This document shows positions 49,590 through 59,604 of a stretch of 64,000 nt of DNA, in pieces. The stretch covers positions 123,741-187,740 of the forward strand of contig CAZTIW010000001.1 of assembly GCA_964613915.1 (NCBI GenBank), read 5' to 3'. Position 1 is the stretch's first letter. Every line of letters begins with the position of its first letter. This DNA is from an uncultured Thermoanaerobaculia bacterium. Its GTDB lineage: Bacteria; Acidobacteriota; JBCCFW01. The notes beneath the pieces were generated by a model. That model saw only the letters and a list, made by a program, of their open reading frames with translations, did no database searches and was not told the origin of the DNA. A program made the translations under genes and the position numbers.

Positions 49590-51608
49590 TCAGCCGTGGA
49601 CGAACGGAGCCTTGGCGCGGGCGCCTTCCTTGAGGAAGGTCTCCATGCCGATGTGCATGTCCTTCGTCTCGACGCAGGCGCCGAAGAGCTGGCTCTCCAG
49701 GTCGAGCCCCTGCGCGAGCGGCATCGCGGCCCCCTCGAGGATCGCGCGGCACAGGATCTCGTCGATCTTCCGGCTCAGGTGTCCGATGTCCACGTCGGGC
49801 ATGCTCGCGGGCACCTTCATGGGCTCGCGCGAGATCGGGCGGATCGTCACGCCCGCCTTGCCGGTCGCGATCGCGATCGCTCGCGGAATCAGCTGCGAGG
49901 CCTCGACCTCCTCGGCGATCAGCCCCATCTCCCGGGCGTCCGCGCCCGAGAACGGCCGGCCCGTCCGCAGGAGCGACCACGCGCGCTCGAGTCCCACGAT
50001 GCGCGGCAGCCGCTGCGTGCCGCCGGCTCCCGGGATGATCCCGAGGTTCGGCTCGGGCTGCCCCGCGATCGGGTTCAGCCCCTTGCGCGCGATGCGGTGA
50101 TGGCACGCCATGGCCAGCTCGTTGCCGCCGCCGAACGCCAGCCCGTTGTACGCGCACACGACCGGCTTGCCGAAGTTCTCGATGCGGTCGAGCACGCGGT
50201 GGAACAGCCGGCTGTTCTCGTAGCCCTCCTTCGCGGTCGTCAGGCGCGAGAGCATGCCGATGTCCGCGCCCGCCACGAACGCCTTCGGCCCGAAGCCCGT
50301 GATGACCACGCCCTTCACGCCCGCATCCGCCTCGGCAGCGTCCATCGCCGCCTCGAGGTGAGCGAAGACATCCTCGTTGAGCGCGTTCAGCTTGTCGGGC
50401 CGGCGGATCTTGACGATGCGGGCGCCGTCCTGCGTGGTCTCCTGCAGGTACGAGACCGGCCACGGCTTGCCGCTCGCCGCCTGCTCCCGCAGCCGCGCCG
50501 GCACGACGAACTTCGAGTACCGCGCCCGGAACTTCTCCACCAGCGCGAGCGACTCCTTCACGCCGACCTCGTTCATGAACGTGAACGGCGGCTTGATGAC
50601 CAGCGCCGTCGAGATCGCGATGTCGAGATCCGGCAGCGTCGCCAGGCCCGCGTCGAGGATCTCGGAGACGAGACCGAAGTACGCGCCACGCATGAGGTCG
50701 CCGACCAGCGCCGCCTTCTCGGGAGAGACCTCGATGACCTCATCGCGGCCCGGGGTCTCCCACTTCGTCTTCTCGGCAACGGCCTTCTTCAGGCTCTCGG
50801 GCGTGTGGAACCACCCGTTGATCTTGCTCGTGTAGTGGTCCAACCCGACGGCCGTGATCGGATTGCCGCCCGTCAGGTTCATCGCGGTGAAGGGCCCGAT
50901 GCCCTGCCCGAGCACCTTCATGGCGACGGTGTCGATCTCCTTGCTCGTCGCGACGCCGTCATCCGCGAGCGAGAGCGCCGCCAGGAACAGCCCCTCGAAC
51001 ACGGGATCCACCGCGTAGCCGTAACGGCTGCGCACCTCGATCGGAAGCTTGCCGATGGACTCGTAGAAGTCCAGCAGCCACCGCGTCACGGCAGGCGCCG
51101 TCGCCTCGCCCGGCGTCACCTCGACGACGATGTTGCGCTCCGCCGGGAAGAAGTAGTGGATGCAGGCGCTCCGCGACGCGTCCTTCAGCTCCGAGAAGAT
51201 CATCTCGGGCTCCAGGTGGGACGAGTTGCTCGCGAGGATCGCCCCGGGCGCGCAGGTCGCCTCGAGCTGCGCGAAGATCTTGCGCTTCAGCCCTCCGTCC
51301 TCCGTGGCCGCCTCGACGACGAATTCGGCCCCGGCGAGCGCGCCGTAGTCGGTCGTCCACGACAGGCTCGCGATCATCGTGTCGGCCATGTCGCCCTTGA
51401 AGGCGCCCGACTCCTGCCCCTTGCGAATCTTCTTCTCGGTGCGCGCCTTGCCGGCGTCGAGCGCCGCCTGCGCCACGTCCACGACGACGACCCTGACGCC
51501 ACTCCCCGAAAAGACCTTCGCGAAGAACAGGGCGATGTCCGGGCCGATCTGGCCGGAGCCGATGACGCCGACGGTCGTGAGCGAGCGATCCTGAAACGAA
51601 AACGGCAT
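49590..51608 (-). CDS. fadN: Bifunctional 3-hydroxyacyl-CoA dehydrogenase (N-terminal) / enoyl-CoA hydratase (C-terminal), FadN-type domain order
   Basis: N-terminal GVIGSGQIG Rossmann plus HAD C-domain; C-terminal crotonase fold (ITGFGPKAFVAGADI, AYNGLAFGGGNELAMACHHRIA). ATG at 51608. Confidence 0.8.
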   Translation of the reverse strand: MPFSFQDRSLTTVGVIGSGQIGPDIALFFAKVFSGSGVRVVVVDVAQAALDAGKARTEKKIRKGQESGAFKGDMADTMIASLSWTTDYGALAGAEFVVEAATEDGGLKRKIFAQLEATCAPGAILASNSSHLEPEMIFSELKDASRSACIHYFFPAERNIVVEVTPGEATAPAVTRWLLDFYESIGKLPIEVRSRYGYAVDPVFEGLFLAALSLADDGVATSKEIDTVAMKVLGQGIGPFTAMNLTGGNPITAVGLDHYTSKINGWFHTPESLKKAVAEKTKWETPGRDEVIEVSPEKAALVGDLMRGAYFGLVSEILDAGLATLPDLDIAISTALVIKPPFTFMNEVGVKESLALVEKFRARYSKFVVPARLREQAASGKPWPVSYLQETTQDGARIVKIRRPDKLNALNEDVFAHLEAAMDAAEADAGVKGVVITGFGPKAFVAGADIGMLSRLTTAKEGYENSRLFHRVLDRIENFGKPVVCAYNGLAFGGGNELAMACHHRIARKGLNPIAGQPEPNLGIIPGAGGTQRLPRIVGLERAWSLLRTGRPFSGADAREMGLIAEEVEASQLIPRAIAIATGKAGVTIRPISREPMKVPASMPDVDIGHLSRKIDEILCRAILEGAAMPLAQGLDLESQLFGACVETKDMHIGMETFLKEGARAKAPFVHG

Positions 51609-51773
51609 GGGACTCTCCGAGAAGGGCACGAAAGCGCGCTGGGGGAAGCGCGGATCATGCACCAGGGACGGGCCGCCCGCCCCGCCCCCGGCGGCCCGGG
51701 GGACGCGCGTCACGCGACCGTGCCAGCGGCGTCTGGCTTGCTCCGCCGGGAGGCCCGCGGCGATGATCGGCGG

Positions 51774-52454
51774 ATGCCCCGCCGCAGCCCCGAGCCCTGG
51801 ACCCCCGCCGAGCGCCGCATCCTCACCGCTTTCGCGAGCCCGCGCGCGATCCAGGACTGGCTCGACGCGCTGGACTACAACGAGGAGTCGGTCTATCGCT
51901 CTCCCCGGCACGTCATGGCGACGCGGCGCGCCCACTGCTTCGACGGCGCCCTGTTCGCCGCCGCCGCGCTGCGGCAGCTCGGCCACCCGCCGCTCATCGT
52001 GGACCTCGCGGCCGTGCGCGATGACGACCACGTGCTGGCCGTGTTCCGCCGCGGCAAGCACTGGGGCGCCGTCGCCAAGTCCAACTGCGTGGGGCTGCGC
52101 TACCGTGAACCCGTGCACCGCACGGTGCGCGAGCTCGTCATGACGTACTTCGAGCAGTACTACAACCTCAACGGCGAGAAGACGCTGCGTCGCTTCTCGC
52201 GCCCCCTGAACCTCGCGAGGCTCGACCGCCTCGAGTGGCAGTCGTCGGACGAGCATCTCGACGATGTCGTCGCGGCACTCGAAGCCACGCGGCACGAGAC
52301 CATCCTGACGCCCGCGATGATTCGCCAGCTCTCGCTGACCGACCGGCGGAGCTTCGACGCGGGACTGCTGGGCAGCAATCCGAAGGGACTCTACCAGCCA
52401 GCGCCCCTCAAGCCCCGCTCCGATGTCAGGAAGCGCGCGGCGCGCCGAGCGTGA
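51774..52454 (+). CDS. Transglutaminase-like cysteine-peptidase superfamily protein
   Basis: Catalytic-Cys context RRAHCFDGALFAAAALRQLG with a downstream DDDHVLAVF (His) typical of transglutaminase-like cores. Confidence 0.5.
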   Translation: MPRRSPEPWTPAERRILTAFASPRAIQDWLDALDYNEESVYRSPRHVMATRRAHCFDGALFAAAALRQLGHPPLIVDLAAVRDDDHVLAVFRRGKHWGAVAKSNCVGLRYREPVHRTVRELVMTYFEQYYNLNGEKTLRRFSRPLNLARLDRLEWQSSDEHLDDVVAALEATRHETILTPAMIRQLSLTDRRSFDAGLLGSNPKGLYQPAPLKPRSDVRKRAARRA

Positions 52455-52464
52455 CGTCCGCGCG

Positions 52465-52497
52465 TTGCGTCGCGCGGCTGTTCATGGTATAGTTATC
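52465..52497 (+). promoter_or_regulatory. AT-rich island with an extended -10 promoter (TTGCGT, 17 bp, TGgTATAGT) upstream of the DUF4332 gene
   Basis: ttgcgtcgcgcggctgttcatggtatagt; a conspicuous AT-rich patch in 70% GC DNA, about 185 nt before the ATG at 52682. Confidence 0.45.
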
Positions 52498-52681
52498 CAA
52501 CGATACTGATTCACGTGAAGCGTCACGGGCGCCGCCAGCGCGAGCCCACTTCACCAGGCGGCTCGTCCCGCGCCTCGCGTGCACATCGCACACCCCGGCG
52601 AGATCGGTCTGCTTGCCGCGCGCATCGCGCGTCGGCTCGAGCAGGCGCGACGACCCGCCGGCCTCACGCAAGGATGACGCC

Positions 52682-53092
52682 ATGACGACCTACAAGATCC
52701 ACGAAATCGAAGGCATCGGACCCCAGCGCGCCGAGAAGCTCGCGGTGGCGAACATCACGACGACCGCGGACCTGCTGGCGCACTGCAGCACGCCCGATGG
52801 CCGCCAGTCGGTCGCGGCGAAGACAGGCCTCGATGCCGGCCAGCTCACGCGCTGGACGCGCATGGCTGACCTGATGCGCGTCAACGGCGTGGGATCCGAG
52901 TACTCCGAGCTCCTCCAGGCCGCCGGAATGGAGTCCGTCACGCACCTGGCGAAGGCCAATCCCGCAGACCTCGCCACGAAGCTGGCCGCAGCCAACAACA
53001 CGCGCCAGCTCGTGCGCGCGCTGCCCGCCGGCAGCGTGGTCGAGAGCTGGGTGCGCTCCGCGACCACGCTCCCGCCCATCAGCCTGAGCTGA
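52682..53092 (+). CDS. DUF4332 domain protein (tandem helix-hairpin-helix-like)
   Basis: MTTYKIHEIEGIGPQRAEKLAVANITTTADLL ... MRVNGVGSEYSELLQAAGMESVTHLAKANPADLATKL; AAGGATGA RBS before the ATG at 52682. Confidence 0.55.
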   Translation: MTTYKIHEIEGIGPQRAEKLAVANITTTADLLAHCSTPDGRQSVAAKTGLDAGQLTRWTRMADLMRVNGVGSEYSELLQAAGMESVTHLAKANPADLATKLAAANNTRQLVRALPAGSVVESWVRSATTLPPISLS

Positions 53093-53118
53093 TCCCGGCC
53101 GCGGGCTGCCCGCCCGGC

Positions 53119-53163
53119 GCCGGCCGCATTCCCCCGCGGGAACGGCCGGCGCTCTTGCGTTCC
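53119..53163 (+). terminator. Rho-independent-like terminator: 10-bp perfect stem GCGCCGGCCG/CGGCCGGCGC with a 16-nt loop, followed by TCTTGCGTT
   Basis: Read directly: gcgccggccgcattcccccgcgggaacggccggcgc tcttgcgtt, 27 nt after the DUF4332 stop. Confidence 0.4.
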
Positions 53164-53293
53164 GGAGCGGTCACGCGGCGGTCCGCTTGCGCGCGGCACG
53201 GCCGAGGGGCGACAGGGGGAGGCAAGGTCCGTCGATCCAGGCATGATGGGCCGGCACCGACGCGCCCGGCGCGCCGGCCTCGGAGTCGCTCGC

Positions 53294-53602
53294 ATGTGGA
53301 AGCTCATCGTCGCGCTCTTCGGCCTGACCGTGCCGAACGGCCTGTTCATCGCCTGGCTCATCACCGAGTTCGACGGCATCGCGCCGGTCCTGCAGAACCG
53401 GCTGGCGGTGGCGTTCATGATTGACTGCGCGCTCGCCACGGGCCTGCTCGCCGCGCTCTTCGCGCGCCGCCCCATCGGGCCCATCCGGTGGCCCTGGTTC
53501 GTGGCGCTTTCCTTGCTCGGCGGTCTCGGCTTCAGCATCCCCTTCTTCTGGTGGCTCAACGACCGCGCTTCGCGACGAGCCGTCCGCGGGGTCGCCGCAT
53601 GA
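53294..53602 (+). CDS. Small integral membrane protein (3 TM), translationally coupled to the downstream GH38-like gene
   Basis: MWKLIVALFGLTVPNGLFIAWL...; its TGA overlaps the next ATG (ATGA at 53599-53602). Confidence 0.4.
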   Translation: MWKLIVALFGLTVPNGLFIAWLITEFDGIAPVLQNRLAVAFMIDCALATGLLAALFARRPIGPIRWPWFVALSLLGGLGFSIPFFWWLNDRASRRAVRGVAA

Positions 53603-56600
53603 CGGGCCGGCTGGCGCGCGTCCTCGCGCTGGCCGCCATGCTCGCGCTCTGGGGCGCGCCCGCAACGCGCGCCTACACGCCGGGCAGCGGGACGCTCCTC
53701 ACCGAGAACTTCAACGACGGGAACGACGCGGGCTGGCAGACCGTGGGCACGCTGTCGAAGTGGACGGTCGCGAATCGCGGCGGCTCGCCCGCCTACGTCG
53801 CCGATGGCGCCGCGGATCTCTTCCGCGGGTTACCCGAGACCTCGGTGCGCCGCCTCATCGCGGTCCCCGTGGGCTCGGTGGACCTCTGCTTCGGCATGGT
53901 CGCCGGCGCCGGTCCCGCGTGGTCCATGACCTGGGAGCTCCGCCCGCCGCGCGACGATGCGCCGTTCTACCGCCTCGCGTTCCTCGCCGACGGATCGATC
54001 GAGGCGCGCCTCGTGGATGCGGCCGGCGCCGAAACGCTCGTGGCCGCGGCGCCCAGCCGCATCGTGCCGGGAACGCCCGCGTGGATCCGCCTGCGTCTGC
54101 GACCGGGAGCTGCCGGCGCCACGGACGTGTCGCTTCGCGCGTGGGGCGGCGGCGCCGCCGCCGAGCCCGGAACGTGGGATGCCACCGGCACGACGCCGGG
54201 TCCCGACGGCATCCCGTACATCGAGCGCGCGCAGGTCGCCTGCGCGCAGCCCGCGGGCGGAGAGACGTGGGTGGACGAGATCGACATCTTCGGCGACACG
54301 TCGGCCGGCGTGCTCTCGACCATCAAGACCGTGTGGATCGTCGAGGCCTCGCATCTCGACATCGGCTTCACGGCGCCGCCCGCCGACATCGAGGCCTTCG
54401 CCAAGACGCATCTCGACCAGGTGATGACGAACCTGCGCACGGTGCCCGAGTACCGCTGGACGATCGAGAACGCGTGGCAGCTCCTCCGATTCATCGAGCG
54501 CAGCACGCCCGCGCAGATCCGGGAGGCCATGGACTTCCTGCGCGAGGGGCGGCTGTCGCTCTCGGCCGGGTACGCGAACCTCCACACGACGGTGACCTCG
54601 CGCGAGGAGATGATCCGCGCGCTGAGCCATTCGCAGGCCATCGCGCGCGCCGAGGGCTTCGAGTCGACCACCTACATCCAGGATGACGTGCCGGGCGGGA
54701 CGTGGGCGCTGCCCGAACTCATGCGGCGCGCGGGCGTGACGCACTACCTGGGCGGCATGAACTGCTCGTTCGGCGGGGTGATCACGGCGCCGTCGCACGC
54801 CACGCGCCCGTTCTGGTGGGAGGGGCCCGATGGCAGCCGCGTCCTCTCCTGGATCACGTTCGACTCGTATGCCGAGGGCCTGGGCGAGTACGGCCTGTCG
54901 TTCTTCGACACGCCCGCGACCATGCACCCCGCGCTCGGGGCGGGGCTCGGCATGCAGGAGGGCCTGGGCTACCCCCACGAGAACCTGCTCGTCATGCGCG
55001 TGTTCGACAACCACTACCAGGGGCTTCACGTCCGCAATCTCGTGAACCAGTGGAACGCGCGATACCGCACGCCGATCCTGCGCCTCGCGACGCCACGGGA
55101 GTTCTGGACGGCGATCGAGGCCGAGATCGCGGCCAGCGGCTGGACCATCCCGACCCATCGCGGCGACTACGGCGGCGCGTGGAGCTCCGTCATCCCCGGC
55201 ACGGCGCACACGCAGGCCGCGGTGAACGTCGCGCGACGCGACGTGCAGGCGGCCGAGGGCTTCTGCGCGGCGGCGGCCACCGTCGGCGCGCCGCATCCCA
55301 CGGCGGACATCGATCGCGCGTGGCGGCTCATCCTCGACGTGGACGAGCACTCCGGCGGCGGCCTCCCCTGGCCCGGCATCATGACGGAGCCCGAGGCCAC
55401 GCAGACGGCGATCGATCACCAGACCTACGCGATCGAGGCGCGCGATCTCGCGGCGCGCGCGCTCGCCTCGGGCATGGAGGCGCTCTCGCGGCGCGTTGAC
55501 CTGCCGCGCGGCGGGATCGTCGCGTGGAACGCGCAGGACGCGGCACGCACGGGGCCCGTCTCCGCGCGCTTGCCTGCTGGCCTCGTGCCCGGGAGCTTCC
55601 GGCTGATCGACATGGCTCGCGGCGAGGAAATCGCCTACCAGCAGGATCCCGCGGACGCCTCGGCGATCCTGTTCCTCGCGCGCGATGTCGAGCCCCGCGG
55701 CTTCGGCGCGTTCGAGACGCGTCCGGGCGCGCCGCGCGCCGCGGCGTCCGATCTCGTCGTCACCGCGACGACGATCGAGAACGCGTTCTATCGCGTCACG
55801 GTGGATTCCGTGGACGGCTCGGTGGCGTCCATCGTGCACCTGCCGAGCGGACGCGAGCTCGTGGATGCGAGCTCGCCCTTCCGGTTCGGCCAGGCCGCGT
55901 GGAACACGAACACGAACGCGTTCTGGGGCGTCACGCCGACGATCGAGACGGTGCCCGCGGCGCGCGTGAGTCCTGGCGCGACCGGACCCGTCATGGCGTC
56001 GCTGCTCGTCGAGCGCGACGGGACGCCAGCCGCGAGCATGGAGATCCGCCTGCACGCGGGCCTCGATCGGATCGAGGTCGCGTCCGTGTTCGACCGATCG
56101 CGCGTGCCGTACGTGCCGGTTGCGGATCACTCGCGCCTCTACGCGCTCACGTATCCGCTCGCGCTGACCAACTTCGACTTCGCGACGGAGAGCCCCGCGA
56201 GGCTCCTGCGTCCCGCCACGGACGGCTTCGCGCGCGACGGCCTCTTCGCGCAGCTCAACACGACCGCGTGCCTCGACGTTCAGGACGCGGCGGGAGGCGT
56301 GATCCTCGCGAGCCCGGAGACCATGGTGTCCGAGTGGGGCGGGATCTCCGCGAATCTCGGCGCGCACCGCACCGGCGCGGCGACGTGGTTCCTGCGCGTC
56401 AAGAGCGTCGCGGACGAGGCCGAGTTCGAGGGCGGCATCGTCGGGCCGATGGATGACGAGCCGGGCCTCGGCCCGCTCTACCCGGCGACCGTGCTCCTGC
56501 GCGCGAGCGGTCCCTCGAGCGAGGCCGCCGTTCGCCGCGCGGGCCACGATCTCGTGGATCCCCTGCGCGCCACGTGGATCGATCGCGGCGACGGGACCTG

Positions 56601-57093
56601 GCCGGCGGGGGGACGCGCGCTGCTGGCGTGCGACGACGCGGACGCGCGCGCCTTCACGCTCAAGCGTGCCGCCGATGGCGCGTGGGTCGCGCGGATCGAG
56701 GACACGGCGGGCGCCGCGCGCGACGTGCGCGTCGGCTCGCTCCTGACCCTCGCGAATCCGGAGGCCGCGTCGCTCATGGAGGTTCCCGCGGGCCCGCTCG
56801 CGCTGGATGCCGGCCGCGTGGTCGTGCCGCTCGTTCCGTTCGGCACGACGACGTTCCGCGTGCGCGCCACCGATGACGTGGCGCCCATCGTGCTCATGGT
56901 GACCAAGGATGTCCCGGCCGCCGAGGTCGTGCTGACCTGGACGGGCGGCAAGCCCGCGTACCGCGTGCTGGGCTCCCTGCGCGCCGATGTCTCCGGCGAC
57001 ACGCGCGTGCTCGACGCCCGCGCGCCAGCCACGACGCTGCGCGACGCGCCCGCCTACCCCGACGGGCAGCTCTGGTTCTATCAGGTGAGGTAG
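53599..57093 (+). CDS. Large secreted glycoside-hydrolase family 38-like (alpha-mannosidase-type) protein
   Basis: Signal MTGRLARVLALAAMLALWGAPATRA. Central region matches the GH38 N-domain pattern (VWIVEASHLDIGFT, YRWTIENAWQL, YIQDDVPGGTWALPELMRRAGVTHYL). Assignment is from memory of family motifs. Confidence 0.5.
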   Translation: MTGRLARVLALAAMLALWGAPATRAYTPGSGTLLTENFNDGNDAGWQTVGTLSKWTVANRGGSPAYVADGAADLFRGLPETSVRRLIAVPVGSVDLCFGMVAGAGPAWSMTWELRPPRDDAPFYRLAFLADGSIEARLVDAAGAETLVAAAPSRIVPGTPAWIRLRLRPGAAGATDVSLRAWGGGAAAEPGTWDATGTTPGPDGIPYIERAQVACAQPAGGETWVDEIDIFGDTSAGVLSTIKTVWIVEASHLDIGFTAPPADIEAFAKTHLDQVMTNLRTVPEYRWTIENAWQLLRFIERSTPAQIREAMDFLREGRLSLSAGYANLHTTVTSREEMIRALSHSQAIARAEGFESTTYIQDDVPGGTWALPELMRRAGVTHYLGGMNCSFGGVITAPSHATRPFWWEGPDGSRVLSWITFDSYAEGLGEYGLSFFDTPATMHPALGAGLGMQEGLGYPHENLLVMRVFDNHYQGLHVRNLVNQWNARYRTPILRLATPREFWTAIEAEIAASGWTIPTHRGDYGGAWSSVIPGTAHTQAAVNVARRDVQAAEGFCAAAATVGAPHPTADIDRAWRLILDVDEHSGGGLPWPGIMTEPEATQTAIDHQTYAIEARDLAARALASGMEALSRRVDLPRGGIVAWNAQDAARTGPVSARLPAGLVPGSFRLIDMARGEEIAYQQDPADASAILFLARDVEPRGFGAFETRPGAPRAAASDLVVTATTIENAFYRVTVDSVDGSVASIVHLPSGRELVDASSPFRFGQAAWNTNTNAFWGVTPTIETVPAARVSPGATGPVMASLLVERDGTPAASMEIRLHAGLDRIEVASVFDRSRVPYVPVADHSRLYALTYPLALTNFDFATESPARLLRPATDGFARDGLFAQLNTTACLDVQDAAGGVILASPETMVSEWGGISANLGAHRTGAATWFLRVKSVADEAEFEGGIVGPMDDEPGLGPLYPATVLLRASGPSSEAAVRRAGHDLVDPLRATWIDRGDGTWPAGGRALLACDDADARAFTLKRAADGAWVARIEDTAGAARDVRVGSLLTLANPEAASLMEVPAGPLALDAGRVVVPLVPFGTTTFRVRATDDVAPIVLMVTKDVPAAEVVLTWTGGKPAYRVLGSLRADVSGDTRVLDARAPATTLRDAPAYPDGQLWFYQVR

Positions 57094-57140
57094 GCGGGAA
57101 CGCGCGGCCGACCGTGCGACAATCACGGCGGGGCTGACGC

Positions 57141-58466
57141 GTGCACGTGAAACTCAGCAAGGGCCTCGAGCTTCCGATGGGCGGCGCACCCGAGCAGGTC
57201 GTCCGCCCCGGCCCCGCCGTGCGCGAGGTCGCCGTGCTGCCCGGCGATCACCCGGGGATGAGGGCCCGCGCCTGCGTCGCCGAGGGGGATCGCGTGCGGC
57301 GCGGCGAGCCGGTGGTCGTCGATCGCCGCCATCCGGAACTCGTCCTCACGTCGCCGGCGTCGGGCATCGTCACGACCCTGATGCTCGGCGAGCGCCGCCG
57401 GCTCGCCGCCGTGGTCATCGCCCTCGACGGTGACGCCGAGCACGAGCTTCCCGCGCGCTCGCCGTCGGCTCTCGCGTCGCTCGACGGTGCGGCCGTCGCG
57501 GACTTCCTGCGCGCCTCGGGGCTCTGGTCGGCCATCCGGACGCGACCGGCCGGACGCCTCGTCGATCTCCGAGCGGAGCCCGCGGCGATCCTGGTGACCG
57601 CGATGGACACCAACCCGCTCGCGGCGGATCCACGCGTGGCGATGTCGGGCCGCGACGACGACTTCGCCACGGGCCTCCTGCTTCTCGCGCAGCTCACGCG
57701 CGGGCCGATCGTCATCTGCCACGCCCCCGGCCCTCCGCTCCCCATCCCCGCGCACGATCGTCTCGTGGCCGCGTGCTTCGAGGGCCCGCATCCGGCAGGT
57801 CTTCCCGGCACGCACGTTCACTGGCTCTGCCCCGTCGGCGAAGGCCGCGTCGCATGGCATGTCGGCGTGCAGGATGTCCTCGCGCTCGGCCGCACGTTCA
57901 CGACGGGGCGTCCGGATGTCGATCGCGTGATCTCCATCGCGGGTCCGCTCGTCCGCGAGCCGCGGCTGGCACGCGTGCCGCTCGGCGCCAGCGTGAGCGA
58001 CCTTGCTGGCGAGGACGCCCTCGCCGACGGCGCTCGCGTCATCGCGGGCTCGCCGCTCTCGGGCCGTCACGCGACGGGCGAGGCTGCCTGGCTCGGCCGG
58101 CATCACGCGCAGGTCTGCGTCCTCGGCGAACCCGGCCACGAGGCGGCGAGAGAGAGGCCCTTCACGGCGGCGCGCCGCCCGCTCCCTCGCGGGCCGCGTG
58201 GCTTCACGACCAGCCTGCACGGCCGCCCGACCGGCTTCGTCCCCACCGATCTCTTCGATGCCGTCTTCCCGCTCGAGATCCCCGCCACGCCGCTGCTGCG
58301 CGCGCTCGCCGCCGGCAACGTCGAGACCGCGGTCGAACTGGGCTGCCTGGACCTCGACGAGGAGGACCTCGCGCTCCTGAGCTTCGTGTGTCCGGCGAAG
58401 CACGATCACGCCGCCAACCTGCGCGCGATCCTCGACCGCATCGCGAGCGAGCTCTCGCATGGCTGA
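57141..58466 (+). CDS. nqrA: Na+-translocating NADH:quinone oxidoreductase subunit A
   Basis: The N-terminus VHVKLSKGLELPMGGAPEQ matches NqrA MIKIKKGLDLPIAGAPEQ; length fits. Confidence 0.85.
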   Translation: MHVKLSKGLELPMGGAPEQVVRPGPAVREVAVLPGDHPGMRARACVAEGDRVRRGEPVVVDRRHPELVLTSPASGIVTTLMLGERRRLAAVVIALDGDAEHELPARSPSALASLDGAAVADFLRASGLWSAIRTRPAGRLVDLRAEPAAILVTAMDTNPLAADPRVAMSGRDDDFATGLLLLAQLTRGPIVICHAPGPPLPIPAHDRLVAACFEGPHPAGLPGTHVHWLCPVGEGRVAWHVGVQDVLALGRTFTTGRPDVDRVISIAGPLVREPRLARVPLGASVSDLAGEDALADGARVIAGSPLSGRHATGEAAWLGRHHAQVCVLGEPGHEAARERPFTAARRPLPRGPRGFTTSLHGRPTGFVPTDLFDAVFPLEIPATPLLRALAAGNVETAVELGCLDLDEEDLALLSFVCPAKHDHAANLRAILDRIASELSHG

Positions 58467-59604
58467 GCGTCACGGCCCTGCGACGATCGGCGCGCCGCAC
58501 GTGAGAGACGCCCAGAGCGTGGCCTCCATGACGTCATGCCTGCTGGTCGCGCTCCTGCCCTGCCTGCTGGTCGGGCTCTGGAACACGGGCAGGCAGGCCT
58601 TCACGGGACTGTCGTCGCTGCCTCCGGGCGAGACGACGGGCTGGCGTCTTGCTCTCTTTCACCGTCTCGAACTCGAGCAGGCCGCGGGATGGGCGGCCAC
58701 GCTGGCGCTCGGCGCGCTGCACGTCCTGCCCCTTCTCGTCGTCGCCATCGCGGCGGCGCTCGCGTGGGAACACCTGTTCGCCCGCCTGCGGCGCCGGCAG
58801 GCCGGCGAGGGCGCGGCCGCGGCCGCCGTCATCTTCACGCTCCTGCTGCCGGCAGCCACCCCGCTCCCGGAAGCCGCCTTCGGGATGAGCTTCGGCATGG
58901 TCTTCGGCCGCCTCATCTTCGGAGGCGTCGGCCGCACGTTCCTGCACCCCGCCGTCGTCGGCCTCGCGTTCCTCGCCGTGTCGCGCACCTCGCCGCCGCC
59001 CGGCGCGGCGCTCTTCCCGGGCCTGCGCGGATACACCGGCACGGACGCGTTCGCGCAGGCCGCCGCGCGCGGGCCGAGCGCGCTTGGCGAGAGCGGCCTC
59101 GAATGGCTGGACGCGTTCCTGGGCATGGAGCCCGCCAGGATCGGCGAGTCGTCGGTCATCGCCTGCCTGCTCGGCGCCGCATGGCTCGTCCACCGGCGCG
59201 CGGCCTCGTGGCAGGTCATGGCCGGCGCCCTCATCGGGGCCGTCGCCGCCAGCGTCCTCTGGAACGTCGTCGAACGCCCGGCGGCAGCGCCGGCGCTGCC
59301 AGCGCACTGGCATCTCGTGCTCGGCGGCTTCGCCTTCGTGGCCGTGTTCGTCGCCACGGATCCACCGAGCACCGGCTCGACGCCGGCTGGCCGGTGGATC
59401 GCCGGCCTGCTCGTCGGTACGCTCGTCGTGATCCTGCGCCTCGGCCACCCGGACCACCCGGACGGCGTGATCCCCGCCGTGCTCCTCGCGAGCGTCGCGG
59501 CGCCCCTGATCGATCACGCCGTGACGCGGTGGGCGGTGCGACGCCGCAGGCGGCGGTCCGCCAGCGCCCTCGCGGGACTCCAGGAAAGGACGGCACGTGG
59601 CTGA
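58459..59604 (+). CDS. nqrB: Na+-NQR subunit B
   Basis: FGMVFGRLIFGGVGRTFLHPAVVGLAFL matches NqrB; polytopic. Confidence 0.85.
   Translation: MAERHGPATIGAPHVRDAQSVASMTSCLLVALLPCLLVGLWNTGRQAFTGLSSLPPGETTGWRLALFHRLELEQAAGWAATLALGALHVLPLLVVAIAAALAWEHLFARLRRRQAGEGAAAAAVIFTLLLPAATPLPEAAFGMSFGMVFGRLIFGGVGRTFLHPAVVGLAFLAVSRTSPPPGAALFPGLRGYTGTDAFAQAAARGPSALGESGLEWLDAFLGMEPARIGESSVIACLLGAAWLVHRRAASWQVMAGALIGAVAASVLWNVVERPAAAPALPAHWHLVLGGFAFVAVFVATDPPSTGSTPAGRWIAGLLVGTLVVILRLGHPDHPDGVIPAVLLASVAAPLIDHAVTRWAVRRRRRRSASALAGLQERTARG

Noticed and set aside
53599-57093. Alternative assignment of the 1164-aa secreted protein as a GH57 or unrelated hydrolase
   Set aside because: The pattern of N-terminal metal-binding His/Asp segment, conserved Trp block and DxxGG region matches GH38 best from memory. 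It is kept as GH38-like at moderate confidence, not as a firm call.
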